A stretch of DNA of 64,000 nt from Candidatus Velthaea sp. (GTDB taxonomy: Bacteria; Vulcanimicrobiota; Vulcanimicrobiia; Vulcanimicrobiales; Vulcanimicrobiaceae): positions 192,001 through 256,000 of the forward strand of contig CBDCCS010000010.1 of assembly GCA_965214935.1 (NCBI GenBank), written 5' to 3'. Shown piece by piece: positions 41,246 through 51,974 of this stretch (positions are counted from its first letter, which is position 1; each line of letters starts with the position of its first letter). Under the pieces are notes generated by a model. It worked only from the letters and a program-made list of their open reading frames with translations, had not been told where the DNA came from and searched no databases. The position numbers were made by a program, and so were the translations under genes.

Positions 41246-41336
41246 GCGGCGTAGACCTCCGGACGGCACAACGGCGAGCCTCGCGCCCGCCGTATATGCA
41301 CTTGCTGATAATGTCGAACGAGTCGGAAAACTGTAA

Positions 41337-41411
41337 TGGAGCGGAAGACGAGATTTGAACTCGCGACCCTCGCCTTGGCAAGGCGATGCTCTACCGCTGA
41401 GCTACTTCCGC
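41337..41411 (-). tRNA. tRNA-Gly(GCC)
   Basis: GCGGAAGTAGCTCAGCGGTAGAGC...TTGCCAA...TTCCGCTCCA. Confidence 0.96.
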
Positions 41412-41565
41412 AAAGGGGACCGACTACCGTTCGGCATGCAAGACTTCAACCCTCGGAAAAACATGGCGCGGCGCCGAATCGCCGCAGCGCGACGCACACG
41501 CCGATCGAGACATCACTAACGTCCGCTACGCGTTCGACAGGCTGCCGCTCAAAGCAATCAACGTA

Positions 41566-41647
41566 TGGGCACGCAGAGACTCGAACTCTGATGGGTCTCC
41601 CCACTGGAACCTAAATCCAGCGCGTCTGCCAGTTCCGCCACGCGCCC
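41566..41647 (-). tRNA. tRNA-Leu(TAG)
   Basis: GGGCGCGTGGCGGAACTGGCAGACGCG...TTTAGGT, long variable arm. Confidence 0.95.
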
Positions 41648-41663
41648 ATCAACGTCGTTCGAA

Positions 41664-41738
<75 letters not shown>

Positions 41739-41750
41739 AAACCAGCCGTA

Positions 41751-41780
41751 ATGGTAGCGCGCGATGCTGCACGACGTCAA
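41751..41780 (-). promoter_or_regulatory. sigma70 promoter of tRNA-Lys/Leu
   Basis: TTGACG, 18-nt spacer, TACCAT just upstream of tRNA-Lys(CTT). Confidence 0.65.
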
Positions 41781-41826
41781 GCCGAACGTACCGCCGTGCA
41801 ACGAAGCAATCGTTTTCAAATGATTC

Positions 41827-41899
41827 TGCGCCCTCCGGGACTCGAACCCGGGACCAACGGATTAAAAGTCCGATGCTCTACCAACTGAGCTAAAGGCGC
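41827..41899 (-). tRNA. tRNA-Lys(TTT)
   Basis: GCGCCTTTAGCTCAGTTGGTAGAGC...CTTTTAA. Confidence 0.96.
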
Positions 41900-42008
41900 A
41901 TACGCCACGCATCTCGTGCCGAAGTGTTTGACGACCGCTTCGCGCCGAACGTCCATCGCAGTCGATCCGCGCGCATCGGCCGCTCGATTCCGGCATCTAT
42001 CGGCGGAT

Positions 42009-42087
42009 TGGGGTGACTGACGGGTCTCGAACCCGCGACCTCCGGCTCCACAAACCAGCGCTCTAACCAAACTGAGCTACAGTCACC
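42009..42087 (-). tRNA. tRNA-His(GTG)
   Basis: G-1, TTGTGGA anticodon loop, ends CCCA. Confidence 0.95.
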
Positions 42088-42153
42088 ACACCGCGACCGC
42101 CAACGATTCGCGCCGAACGCCGCGAAACCTAGCGCCGGATATGATGTCGATTG

Positions 42154-42226
42154 CGCGCCCGGACGGAGTCGAACCGCCATCTTCGAACTTAGAAGGTTCG
42201 TGCCTTATCCATTAGACCACGGGCGC
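42154..42226 (-). tRNA. tRNA-Arg(TCT)
   Basis: GCGCCCGTGGTCTAATGGATAAGGC...CTTCTAA. Confidence 0.95.
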
Positions 42227-42342
42227 ATCGCGCAGCAGCGCCAGTCATTCGCCGGCTATTGCAACGGCGCGTGGCAGGCGTCAAGATCGCTACCTCCGGC
42301 GGACGTCTTTGCCCTGCACGTTTCGCGCGGCGCAGCATCGCA

Positions 42343-42978
42343 TCATCGGACCCGCACGATCGCATCGTGTGCCGCGATCGTGCCGGAACGTTCGACGACG
42401 CAGTAAACGCCTACGATATTCGCACGCTCCTGCGCGACGGCACGCAGGACGCCGGCGGTACTTGCTCCGGTCAGGACGTCGTACGTCGTCGTCACGCAAC
42501 GGCGGATCGGTTCGACGACGTGCAGCCGTGTGTCGCCCAGCATCAACATTGCACCACTCAATGTCGCTTCACGGGCGGTGAAATCCGGCGCGGCGCGAGC
42601 GTAGATGTTCGGCCGGTAGCGTAAGGGATCGAGCCGCAAGCCGGCCAGCTTTTCGACGTCGTCAAGCCAGGTGTCGAACACGAGCGAGACCGGCCGGGCA
42701 TCAAAATAGTGTCCGGCTCCGCTTTGCGCTTCGATGTCGACTCCGGCATCGCCGGCGATCGCCTGCGCTTCTTGCGTCGTCGCGACCGTATGCAGCAAAT
42801 GATGTTCTTTGCCGCGGAAGGGCCGGCCGTAACGAGCATGGTCACGACTCGTGACCATCAGCGCTGCGGCTCGATCGCCCGCAAAACCGCCTGCTTCGAC
42901 CGTTGCTTGCGCCAGTGCCTGGGGAGCGAGTGCCTTAACGGGGTAACGCCAAAGCCCCGCGACGGTTCCGATTACCAT
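42343..42978 (-). CDS. MOSC domain-containing protein
   Basis: LWRYPVK, GDR, RYRPNI, RCVTT. Confidence 0.85.
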   Translation of the reverse strand: MVIGTVAGLWRYPVKALAPQALAQATVEAGGFAGDRAAALMVTSRDHARYGRPFRGKEHHLLHTVATTQEAQAIAGDAGVDIEAQSGAGHYFDARPVSLVFDTWLDDVEKLAGLRLDPLRYRPNIYARAAPDFTAREATLSGAMLMLGDTRLHVVEPIRRCVTTTYDVLTGASTAGVLRAVAQERANIVGVYCVVERSGTIAAHDAIVRVR

Positions 42979-43027
42979 GCCGACGACGACCCTTCCGGCG
43001 CTCGCTCGATGCACTCGAGACAAAACG

Positions 43028-43101
43028 TCGGGACGACAGGATTTGAACCTGCGACTTCTGCGTCCCAAACGCAGCGCTCTACCAAGCTGAGCTACGTCCC
43101 G
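43028..43101 (-). tRNA. tRNA-Pro(TGG)
   Basis: CGGGACGTAGCTCAGCTTGGTAGAGC...TTTGGGA. Confidence 0.96.
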
Positions 43102-43150
43102 TGTGCGCTGCTTCTTCCCCTCAACGGCCGCGCGTGCCTCGCCCGGACGC

Positions 43151-43804
43151 TTATCCGGCGCGCAATTGCAAAGCGGCCGCATCGATCGAAGCGACGATCC
43201 CGGCGACGGCGATGGCACGGTGACTGACGCGATTCTTCTGCTCGTCGCTCAATTCGCCGAACGTCTTACGCGCCGGCGGATACCAAAAGATCGGATCGAA
43301 CGAAAAGCCAAGTTCGCCGCGTTCGGCGAGCGCAATCTCGCCGTCAATGGTGCCGAACGACGCGAACTCGCGGCCATCGGCTCCGATATAGTGCAGCGCG
43401 CACACAAAGCGCGCGCGCCGTTCGGCACCCGTCAGCGTACCAATTTCGGCGAGCAAGAGGGCGCGGCGCTGCGGCCAGCTCGCTTCGGCTCCGCCGTACT
43501 CCGCGGTCGCGACGCCCGGCCGCCCGGCCAAGGCAAAAACTTCGAGTCCGGAGTCATCGGCGAGGACGCCTTGCGTGCGCCCGGGGCCGGCTAAGCGCTC
43601 GTGCAGCGCACGCGCTTTAAGCGCGGCATTATCGGCATAGCTGCGGTCGCCTTCGAGCGGGCTGACGTAAGCGGACGACGGCCCGACGGCAATGCCGCGC
43701 GCCGCGAACAACGCACGCATCTCGCGCAATTTGCCGGCGTTACTCGTGGCGACGATGATGCCGCACGTCCGTGGATCGGTCGCCGCCGACGCAACCGGAT
43801 TCAC
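43151..43804 (-). CDS. rdgB: non-canonical purine NTP pyrophosphatase
   Basis: [26 protein letters not shown]. Confidence 0.92.
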   Translation of the reverse strand: MNPVASAATDPRTCGIIVATSNAGKLREMRALFAARGIAVGPSSAYVSPLEGDRSYADNAALKARALHERLAGPGRTQGVLADDSGLEVFALAGRPGVATAEYGGAEASWPQRRALLLAEIGTLTGAERRARFVCALHYIGADGREFASFGTIDGEIALAERGELGFSFDPIFWYPPARKTFGELSDEQKNRVSHRAIAVAGIVASIDAAALQLRAG

Positions 43805-45633
43805 TCCTCGTCGAGCCGCAACACCGCCATGAAAGCTTCCTGCGGCAGATCGACGCGCCCGACACGCTTCATTCGTTCCTTACCGGCCTTTTGTTTTTCC
43901 AGCAGCTTGCGCTTGCGCGAAATATCGCCGCCGTAGCACTTTGCCAGCACGTTTTTGCGCAAGGCCCCAACGGTCTCGCGCGCGACGACTTTGCCGCCGA
44001 TCGCCGCTTGGATTGGGACGTCGAACATCTGGCGCGGAATGAGCTCTTTGAGCTTGTCGGTCAACAGCCGCCCGCGCACCGGCGCTTTTTCGCGCGCAAC
44101 GATGAACGACAACGCGTCGACCGGCTCGCCGTTAAGCAGTATCTCCAGTTTTACCAGATCGCCTTCGCGATAGCCGATCAACTCGTAATCGAGCGACGCA
44201 TAGCCTTTGGTACGCGATTTGAGTTGGTCGAAATAATCGATGATGACTTCGATGAGCGGCATCTCGTACGTGAGGATGACGCGCCCGTCGATGAGATACT
44301 CCATATTGCCCAGCGTGCCGCGCCGATTCTGGGTAAGTTCCATGATCGCCCCGACGTACTCGGGCGGCGTGATCACGGTCGACTTGACGTACGGCTCTTC
44401 CATGATCTCGATTTTATCGCGCACCGGCATTTTCGCCGGGTTGTCGATGAGCATCACGCCACCGTCGGTCAGCGTAACTCGGAATACGACCGACGGCGAC
44501 GTTGCGATCAAGTCGAGATTGTAGTTTCGTTCTAACCGCTCTTGCACGATCTCCATGTGCAGCAGCCCCAAGAAACCGCAACGAAAGCCGAAGCCCAGCG
44601 CGATCGACGATTCGGGCTCGAAGTGCAGCGCCGAGTCGTTGAGTGCCAGCTTCTCGAGCGCATCGCGCAGGTCGCCGACCTCGACGCCTTCGTTGGGATA
44701 CAAACCGCAATACACCATCGGCACGATCGGTTTGTAGCCCGGCAACGCCTCGAGCGCCGGATTCGCCGCTTCGGTAATCGTATCGCCGACATCCATTTCG
44801 CCCAGCGACTTGATGTTGGCAATGACATAGCCCACGTTACCGATCTCGAGTTCACCCGTCTTGACCATGCCCGGTTTGAACACGCCGACTTCGGTCGCCT
44901 CATACACGCGCTTGTGCGCCATCGACATGAACTTCGAGCCGGCTTTGAGCGCCCCGTCGACGATACGCACGTACGCAACGACGCCGCGATACGGATCGAA
45001 CTGCGCATCGAAGACCAGCCCGCGCAACTGTTCGACTTTCCCGGTCGGCGACGGAATGCGTTTGACGATCGCTTCGAGGATCTCGGTGATACCGATGCCT
45101 TCTTTTGCGCTGCACAAAATTGCATCGCTGGCTTCGATAATGAGCAGTTCTTCGATCTCTTTCTTTACGCGCTCGGGATCGGCCGCCGGCAAATCGATCT
45201 TATTGATCACGGGGATGATCGTGAGATTGTTCTCGAGAGCGAGATGGTAATTGGCCAGCGTTTGCGCTTCGATCCCTTGCGCGGCATCGATGACGAGCAG
45301 CGCGCCTTCACAGGCTTTGAGCGAGCGCGACACTTCGGAACTGAAATCGACGTGTCCGGGCGTATCGATGAAATTCAATTCGTATGTTTGCCCGTCGTTG
45401 GCAATATACGACAGCGTCACGGGATGCATCTTGATCGTGATCCCGCGCTCGCGTTCGAGATCCATCGCATCGAGCATTTGCTCGCCGATCTGACGCTGTT
45501 CGATCGTCCGCGTCACCTCGAGCAGCCGGTCGGACAGCGTCGTCTTGCCATGATCGATATGCGCGATGATGCAAAAATTCCGAACGTTGACGGGGCCCTT
45601 GACGGGCATGATGAGAGGTTTGGGCTCAATCAC
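43801..45633 (-). CDS. lepA: elongation factor 4
   Basis: [38 protein letters not shown]. Confidence 0.98.
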   Translation of the reverse strand: MIEPKPLIMPVKGPVNVRNFCIIAHIDHGKTTLSDRLLEVTRTIEQRQIGEQMLDAMDLERERGITIKMHPVTLSYIANDGQTYELNFIDTPGHVDFSSEVSRSLKACEGALLVIDAAQGIEAQTLANYHLALENNLTIIPVINKIDLPAADPERVKKEIEELLIIEASDAILCSAKEGIGITEILEAIVKRIPSPTGKVEQLRGLVFDAQFDPYRGVVAYVRIVDGALKAGSKFMSMAHKRVYEATEVGVFKPGMVKTGELEIGNVGYVIANIKSLGEMDVGDTITEAANPALEALPGYKPIVPMVYCGLYPNEGVEVGDLRDALEKLALNDSALHFEPESSIALGFGFRCGFLGLLHMEIVQERLERNYNLDLIATSPSVVFRVTLTDGGVMLIDNPAKMPVRDKIEIMEEPYVKSTVITPPEYVGAIMELTQNRRGTLGNMEYLIDGRVILTYEMPLIEVIIDYFDQLKSRTKGYASLDYELIGYREGDLVKLEILLNGEPVDALSFIVAREKAPVRGRLLTDKLKELIPRQMFDVPIQAAIGGKVVARETVGALRKNVLAKCYGGDISRKRKLLEKQKAGKERMKRVGRVDLPQEAFMAVLRLDEE

Positions 45634-45648
45634 GATGGCGGCGTTTCT

Positions 45649-45921
45649 TTAGAATACAGAACAACTGTACTGCGCAACAATCGTGTTGTTGACGTACTGA
45701 ATGATCAAAATGACGACGAAGAACGACAAGTCCAGTCCGCCGATGGGCGGGATGATGCGTCGCACCGGAACGAGCACCGGCTCGACGAGCCGCGTAATGA
45801 CGTCGCTCCAGCGGCCGCGCAAACTCGGCACCCAAGACAGCAGTGCGTAGATCAGCATCAGCAGGAGATAGACGTTGAGAATGACGTGAATGGCGCCGTA
45901 GACGTGGCAAAGGGGATCCAT
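45649..45921 (-). CDS. YggT family membrane protein
   Basis: LLSWVP, EPVLVPVRRIIPPIGGLDLS. Confidence 0.9.
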   Translation of the reverse strand: MDPLCHVYGAIHVILNVYLLLMLIYALLSWVPSLRGRWSDVITRLVEPVLVPVRRIIPPIGGLDLSFFVVILIIQYVNNTIVAQYSCSVF

Positions 45922-45924
45922 AGA

Positions 45925-46860
45925 CTACTGTACGCTCGAATCGGCCGGAAGTGTCGCGAGCACGTTGGCCGGGATTCCGTTGAGAAACGGCAGCGGATCG
46001 ACGGCGACCCCGTCATGCATGAGCTGATAATGCAAGTGCGCACCAGTCGATTCACCGGTCGAACCGACCGCGGCAATCTCGTCGCCTTTGCGGATTGCAT
46101 CACCGGGCCGGACCGATGCCCGCGACAGATGACAGTACCAGGTGTGGTATCCGTTGCCGTGATCGATATCGACCTTGATGCCGAAGCCGCCGTCCCAACC
46201 GGACGACGCGACGACGCCGGCTGCTGCGGCATGCACGGGCGCACCGTACGCAGCCGCTAAATCGAGGCCTTTGTGAAACTCCGGAAACGGATTCGTCCGG
46301 TAGCCGAACGCCGCATTGATTGCGCCGCCGACCGGATTGAGCGACGGAATCGCCGCGAGCATGCGATAGCGCGCGATCGATGCGAGGTGACGGAGGTTGA
46401 GCACGCGGCCGGCGAGGCGCGACAGCCGCGCAGTTCGCAAGCGCGTTCGGGCCGAAAGCCCGGCCAGCCGCTCCAAATGCCGGCCGAGACCGGCGACGCT
46501 CGAGCGGTCGCGTTCGAGCATCGCATGCTCCTCGACCCGGGCCGCGGGTGACTTGACGCGCGTGCCGAGTGCGCGGCCGATCGCTTCGATCCGGCGCTCG
46601 CTTTCGGCATTCTGGCGCTGCAAGGTCTGCGCTTGGCGCTCCATCGCATCGAGCTTTCCCTGCTCGTCGCGACGCTGTGCTTCGAGCCGTCCGGCGTCGG
46701 CCGCCGCGACGCGAAGCTGCGCGAAATCCACGCTCAACAAACCGCCGATTACCAGCGTGAAGAGCCCGGCGAGCAGCATGACGTGGACGCCCCGAACGTG
46801 GATGCGGTAGAACGCGGAACCCGCCAGTCGCAAAAACTTAAGGAGAAAACCGCACTTCAC
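45925..46860 (-). CDS. M23 family metallopeptidase (TM + coiled coil)
   Basis: HKGLD, YCHL, GSTGESTGAHLHY. Confidence 0.9.
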   Translation of the reverse strand: MKCGFLLKFLRLAGSAFYRIHVRGVHVMLLAGLFTLVIGGLLSVDFAQLRVAAADAGRLEAQRRDEQGKLDAMERQAQTLQRQNAESERRIEAIGRALGTRVKSPAARVEEHAMLERDRSSVAGLGRHLERLAGLSARTRLRTARLSRLAGRVLNLRHLASIARYRMLAAIPSLNPVGGAINAAFGYRTNPFPEFHKGLDLAAAYGAPVHAAAAGVVASSGWDGGFGIKVDIDHGNGYHTWYCHLSRASVRPGDAIRKGDEIAAVGSTGESTGAHLHYQLMHDGVAVDPLPFLNGIPANVLATLPADSSVQ

Positions 46861-47330
46861 CGGGCCGCCGCCGCTGCCCGCGCTTTTGCAATCGCCGCGA
46901 CCTCTTCGTTCGAGCTCTCCTGCACGGAGGCAAAGGCGGTCACGGCTTTGCCGTACGTGCGCGTTTCTTCGCGCGACCAAATACTTGAAATGACCACACC
47001 GTCGCCGCTCTTGGACACCAGCGCCAGAGCATACGACAGATCCGCGCCGGTGTTCTCGAAGGCGTTGTAGCGCACGAAGCCGATGTGGGGAACCGCCTGC
47101 ACGACCGTTTCGATTGTGTGGACGCGCCCGGTGAGTTCGCGCGTCGAGGCTTGCAACGCGGCAACCCGATCTGTCGGCAGGCCGCTGCCGTCACCGAGAA
47201 TGGCCGCGTGGCTGTCGAGCGCCGCGGTTAATTTGCGCAGGCGCGGCGCGACGACCAGCACGTGATACGTGCCGAACATGACAAGCGCACCGCCGAGTGC
47301 AACGAGCACGGTCGAGCTAAGGTTCTGCAC
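46857..47330 (-). CDS. DUF4446 family protein
   Basis: N-terminal TM, VRYNAF..G.DLSY, SREETRTYGK. Confidence 0.8.
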   Translation of the reverse strand: MQNLSSTVLVALGGALVMFGTYHVLVVAPRLRKLTAALDSHAAILGDGSGLPTDRVAALQASTRELTGRVHTIETVVQAVPHIGFVRYNAFENTGADLSYALALVSKSGDGVVISSIWSREETRTYGKAVTAFASVQESSNEEVAAIAKARAAAAAR

Positions 47331-47386
47331 GAAACTCCAACGCTAGAGAAGGGGCCGCTCCGCCGGCACCTTACCATAAAGGCCAA

Positions 47387-47494
47387 GACGAGAGCTAGGT
47401 AATCCGCGGCACACGAAATGGCCCGCTTACCGTTGCTTCCTTCCGAATCTGGCGGAGTTCACGGGTTTGCGTTGCGCGGAGCCCAACCCTCGTC
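47387..47494 (-). ncRNA. ffs: signal recognition particle 4.5S RNA
   Basis: long hairpin GACGAGGGTTGGG...CCTAGCTCTCGTC containing the helix-8 motif GCCAGATTCGGAAGGAAGCA; TGcTATCAT extended -10 just upstream. Confidence 0.9.
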
Positions 47495-47580
47495 GAGGCT
47501 TCGCCTATGATAGCACATGGCTGCGATCCGACCCTTGCAGCAGCGCTGACGCACGGCTGCAAGTGACGCGCCGCTGCGCG

Positions 47581-48690
47581 TCAGCGTCCGCCGTCTTTAA
47601 CGAAGTCGGGCGGAATCTCGAACAGTCCGGCGTTGGCGGAGGTCAGCGAGTGAACGTTTCCGCGTTCGGTCAAGAAGACGAATCCTGGTGCCGGTGACGC
47701 TTGGGGCGAAGGCGAACCAGCGGCACCGCTGACGCCGATCGTCTGATACAGCGAAAGATTCTGCGCCGGTACGGCCGGGCCCGACGCATGCGCGACAAAC
47801 GTCGGGCGGCAGCCGCCCGAGGCGACGAAGTTCAGCGGTTCGCGCGGGTACGAATGAACCGCAGGTACCGCGGTCATCGGGCAGCTTACGCCGGGAGCCG
47901 GAAAGCGCGTAAAATAGGCCTTGGAGTGGAACGCAAAGTTGCCGTTGCGGCAGCTGCCCGTGGCTTGCGAAAGTGCAAATGTCGAAGTGTTATCAAAACC
48001 GGCGGTATCGAGACCTTCGAGCCGCTTGGCACCGAGCGGTTTAACGACGTTGGTAAAGCTTGCAACAGCCGTTCCCGGTGCCTCGGGCGGCACGGTATCG
48101 CGCACGCGGGTGTGGCGTTTCGGCGGTTCGGCGGTTGTCTCGGCGAGAGCGCTGCGGTCGGCCGTATCGATCATGCTGTAGGTCTTCTTGGTGAGATCGA
48201 GCCGGATGATTTGGTGCAAGTCGCACTTCGTAATCGTCGCCGTCGAAGCCGCAAGGTCATCGACGCGTTCCCAGCCCAAATAGAAGCTATGCCGCTCGAT
48301 ACGGCCTTGCAGCAGACCGTGCAGCATGCCGGCCAGTGCGCCGCCTGTTTGCGCCATCACCCGGTCGACTTGGGCGTCGAGAGCATTACCGACGAGCGCA
48401 TCGGTCGCGCCGCCGGCCACTGCTCCGGCGACATTGCCGTTCATCAAGCCTCCGGCCAACGCGCCGAGGTTAAAACCATGCCGGCGCGGGGCTGCCGATG
48501 CCGCGACGGGCGCCGGCGAACTGATGGCGGCCGCGTCGGCGCTGAAATTTCCCGGCGGGGGCGGGGTTGCGCCGCTGATGACGCGGTCGATTTCATCGTA
48601 CTGCAGCCCGGTCGAAGCTGCATGCGGAACGGCGGGCAACAGCATCGCGAACGCGACCGTTGCAGTCAAACGAACGAGCGATCGGAGCAT
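47581..48690 (-). CDS. secreted hypothetical protein
   Basis: signal peptide; Gly-rich segment; LDLTKKTYS and C-terminal LFEIPPDF resemble DUF4412-type outer-envelope proteins. Confidence 0.65.
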   Translation of the reverse strand: MLRSLVRLTATVAFAMLLPAVPHAASTGLQYDEIDRVISGATPPPPGNFSADAAAISSPAPVAASAAPRRHGFNLGALAGGLMNGNVAGAVAGGATDALVGNALDAQVDRVMAQTGGALAGMLHGLLQGRIERHSFYLGWERVDDLAASTATITKCDLHQIIRLDLTKKTYSMIDTADRSALAETTAEPPKRHTRVRDTVPPEAPGTAVASFTNVVKPLGAKRLEGLDTAGFDNTSTFALSQATGSCRNGNFAFHSKAYFTRFPAPGVSCPMTAVPAVHSYPREPLNFVASGGCRPTFVAHASGPAVPAQNLSLYQTIGVSGAAGSPSPQASPAPGFVFLTERGNVHSLTSANAGLFEIPPDFVKDGGR

Positions 48691-48706
48691 AAGGGAACGT
48701 ACGAGC

Positions 48707-49888
48707 ATGATAGCGGCTGTCCTTGCGAATTTAGCTAATCGTGCGCTGCGGACGGCGTTGACCGTCGGCGGCATTGCCGTCGGCATTCTGGCCCTCGTCG
48801 TTGTCGGTTCGCTCGCCGAACGGCTACAAACAATCGTCGGGCGGTCGCTCGCGCTCAACACCGGCTCGCTGTTTGCCGTGGCGACCGGTTTCGATCGCGG
48901 CGACAGTGCGTCGCAGGCCGGCCAGCTGGCGCGTGCGGCCGGTACGATCCGGCATTTCGGCGGCGTTCGCGACGTCGTTGCCGAGGTGATCGTGCCGTAC
49001 GCGGTGGCGGGCGCCGGAGCGGATCCCGGCCGGTTCGGTCCGCCGGCGCTGGTGTTCGGTTTCCCGCCGGCCGCACGCGCCTACCAGCGATCCGCGCCGC
49101 GCGTTGCCGACGGCCGCGACTTACGTTCGGACGACGTCCGCTCGGCCGTGATCGGTGCGGATTTTGCGGCTTCCGCCGACGCGCGAGTCGGTTCGACGAT
49201 CGCCGTCTACGGCAACTCGTTTCACGTTGTCGGCATCATTGAAAAATCGTTTACGCTTTTCGATGCCGCGATCGTCGTGCCGTTCGCACAAGCGCAATTA
49301 CTGATGCTTCAAGACGTTACGCCCGCAGCGCCGCGCTTGCCGCACGCGCCGGCCACGGCGCTCATGGTGGTCGTTGCGCCCGGCACCGATACCGCCTTGC
49401 TGGCGCGACGCATCAACCTCATGACCGGTTTGCAAGCGCGCGATCCGAAAGCAACCGCCGCGAACTTCGCATCCGTGACGTCGATCTTCGATGCCATTAT
49501 CTTCGGGGCGGCGCTCATCGCACTTGTCGTCGGCGCATTTTCGATCGTCAACACGATGACGATCGCCGTAACGGAACGCACGCGCGAGATCGGCATTCGG
49601 AAAGCAATCGGCGCGGGCGACGGGGACATTTTGCGCGAGTTCATGCTCGAAGCCGCCGTGATCGGGGCTCTCGGCGCCGTCGCGGGGATCGCGACCGGCG
49701 CCCTCGTCGTCGACTACGTGAACGCGCGCAATGCCGCGGTCGGCAGTCTCGAACTCTTTGCCGTCACCCCGCGTCTGATCGTCGGATCCTTTGCCTTCGC
49801 CGTCGTGCTCAGTGTCGTTGCCGGGCTGCTGCCCGCGCTGCGCGCCGCTCGGCTCGATCCAACGGAGGCTTTACGCCGAAACGCTTGA
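48707..49888 (+). CDS. MacB/FtsX-type ABC transporter permease
   Basis: RTALTVGGI, NTMTIAVTERTREIGIRKAIGA, PALRAARLDP. Confidence 0.92.
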   Translation: MIAAVLANLANRALRTALTVGGIAVGILALVVVGSLAERLQTIVGRSLALNTGSLFAVATGFDRGDSASQAGQLARAAGTIRHFGGVRDVVAEVIVPYAVAGAGADPGRFGPPALVFGFPPAARAYQRSAPRVADGRDLRSDDVRSAVIGADFAASADARVGSTIAVYGNSFHVVGIIEKSFTLFDAAIVVPFAQAQLLMLQDVTPAAPRLPHAPATALMVVVAPGTDTALLARRINLMTGLQARDPKATAANFASVTSIFDAIIFGAALIALVVGAFSIVNTMTIAVTERTREIGIRKAIGAGDGDILREFMLEAAVIGALGAVAGIATGALVVDYVNARNAAVGSLELFAVTPRLIVGSFAFAVVLSVVAGLLPALRAARLDPTEALRRNA

Positions 49889-49928
49889 ACTTTCGCCTGT
49901 TTCGCCCCTCCAGGAGACGTCCACCGCC

Positions 49929-51974
49929 GTGCGCATCACTCGTTACCTCACCTGTCTTGCGCTCATCGGAGCGACGGCCGGCAGCGCGCCCGGCGCGATC
50001 CCCGGAGCGGCCGTTGCGGCGGTTCCGTTAACGATCGATTGGAATCGCGGGCCCGCCCAAGTCAGCGCGACGTGCAATGCCGAGATCGGCCGCGCTCAAC
50101 AACGCGTGACGGCGCTGACCGCACTGCGATCGAATCGTACGTTTGCAACGGTCGTACAGCCGCTCGAAACCATTTTTGCCGATCTCAACGACGACACCGC
50201 GGCCGAACAATTTCTCACCAATGTTTCGACCGACAAAGCCGTGCGCGACGCGTCGCTCGCATGCAACTCCGCCCAGGCCGCGTTTGCCGGCGAAGTCACG
50301 GCTCGTCCGGCGCTCTTCGCCGCCCTGAAAGCAGCGAAGACATCCAACACCGCGAGCAGCGATGCGCAACGGAAATTGACCGATCTCTGGCTGACGGCAA
50401 GCACGCGCGCCGGCGCGGGTCTGCCGCAGCAGCAGCATGACGAATTCGTGAAGCTCAGCGCGCAATTGAGCGGCTTACAGAACCAATTTGAATCGAATCT
50501 CGGCAACGATGCGACGACGATTGCTTTGACGGCGGCGCAACTCGCCGGGCTGCCGGCCGATCTCAGCGCGACCTTTACAAAGTCCGGCGCTAGCTTCGTC
50601 GTACCGGTCAACGAAAGCACCGTTACGCCGTTCATGCAGAATGCGACCGACGAATCGGCTCGCAGAGCGTACTACCTCGCTTACTACAATCGCGGCGGCA
50701 GCAAGAATGTCGCATTACTCGAACAAGCAATCGGCATTCGCGACCGGCTCGGCCATCTTTTCGGTTATCCAAGTTGGGCGGCATATGTGTTAGCCGACAA
50801 GATGGCCCAAACGCCGCAACGTGTCGATGCGTTCCTCGCGAACATCGATGCCGCCATCTTGCCCAAGGCACGCGCGGAACGGGCCGCGCTCGCCGCGCTC
50901 AAAGGCGGCGGCTCGTTCGAGAACTGGGACACCGCATTTTACGAAACGCAATTGCGTAAGCAGAAATATAGCGTCGATCAAACCGCGATTAAACAATACT
51001 TTCCGGTACAGCACACCGTCGACGCGGTCCTCGCGGTGTATGCCGAACTGCTGAGCGTTTCATTCAAGCCGATCGTTGCGCCGCAGATTTACAACCCTGA
51101 AGTTCTCGCATATGAAGTGCACGATGGTCCCAGCGGCGTGCTGCTCGGTAAGTTCTATCTCGATCTGTTTCCGCGACCCGGTAAGTACGATCATTTCGCG
51201 AGCTTTCCGATCGTGCCGCGCCGCGTGCTGCCCGACGGCAGCGTGCGCGCACCGATCGCTGCAATCGTCGGAAACTGGTCGCGTCCGGCGGCCGGCCGGC
51301 CGGCTCTGCTTTCGCACGACGAAGTCGAAACGTTCTTCCATGAATTCGGCCACAATATGGCAGCGATGCTCGCCGACGAGCCGTACGAAACGCTCAACTC
51401 CGGTTTCCGCGCCGATTTCATTGAAGCGCCTTCGCAGATGCTTGAGAATTGGGTTTGGGACCCGGGCATTCTCAAAGCGATTTCGTCCAACGTTACGACC
51501 GGTGCGCCGTTGCCCGACGCATTGATCGCAAAGATGATCGCCGCGCGGTACGTCGATTATGCATATGCAACGTCGCAACAGATTCTGTATGCGTCGGTCG
51601 ACATGGCGTATCACACTGCCGGTCAAAACGTCGATACGACGGCAATTTGGAAGCGCACCGTGAGCGAACGGACGCCCAATCAATTCGTCGACGGAACGCA
51701 TCCGCAGGCGGCATTCGGTCATCTCATGGGCGGTTATGACGCCGGCTATTACGGTTACTTGTGGTCGAAAGTTTACGCCCAAGATATGTTTACTGCATTC
51801 CGGACGGCCGGGTTGGAAGATCCCGGAATCGGGCGGCGCTATCGCGACGACATCTTAGCGCCGGCGCGGACGTACGAGCCGGATGCCGAGGTATCGGCGT
51901 TCCTTGGGCGGGCGATGAATCCGGCGGCGTTTTACGCCGAGCTTGGAATCGCGCCCCAAGCGTCGATGCGCTGA
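49929..51974 (+). CDS. secreted M3A metallopeptidase (thimet oligopeptidase-like)
   Basis: signal peptide, DLFPRPGK, FHEFGH, EAPSQ, YDAGYYGYLWS. Confidence 0.93.
   Translation: MRITRYLTCLALIGATAGSAPGAIPGAAVAAVPLTIDWNRGPAQVSATCNAEIGRAQQRVTALTALRSNRTFATVVQPLETIFADLNDDTAAEQFLTNVSTDKAVRDASLACNSAQAAFAGEVTARPALFAALKAAKTSNTASSDAQRKLTDLWLTASTRAGAGLPQQQHDEFVKLSAQLSGLQNQFESNLGNDATTIALTAAQLAGLPADLSATFTKSGASFVVPVNESTVTPFMQNATDESARRAYYLAYYNRGGSKNVALLEQAIGIRDRLGHLFGYPSWAAYVLADKMAQTPQRVDAFLANIDAAILPKARAERAALAALKGGGSFENWDTAFYETQLRKQKYSVDQTAIKQYFPVQHTVDAVLAVYAELLSVSFKPIVAPQIYNPEVLAYEVHDGPSGVLLGKFYLDLFPRPGKYDHFASFPIVPRRVLPDGSVRAPIAAIVGNWSRPAAGRPALLSHDEVETFFHEFGHNMAAMLADEPYETLNSGFRADFIEAPSQMLENWVWDPGILKAISSNVTTGAPLPDALIAKMIAARYVDYAYATSQQILYASVDMAYHTAGQNVDTTAIWKRTVSERTPNQFVDGTHPQAAFGHLMGGYDAGYYGYLWSKVYAQDMFTAFRTAGLEDPGIGRRYRDDILAPARTYEPDAEVSAFLGRAMNPAAFYAELGIAPQASMR

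Noticed and set aside
42979..43218. N-terminal extensions of track ORFs (MOSC from 43218, SnoaL from 17234, GntR from 58562, AroB-like from 27740)
   Set aside because: They run through tRNA genes, promoters or neighbouring CDSs; shorter starts fit better
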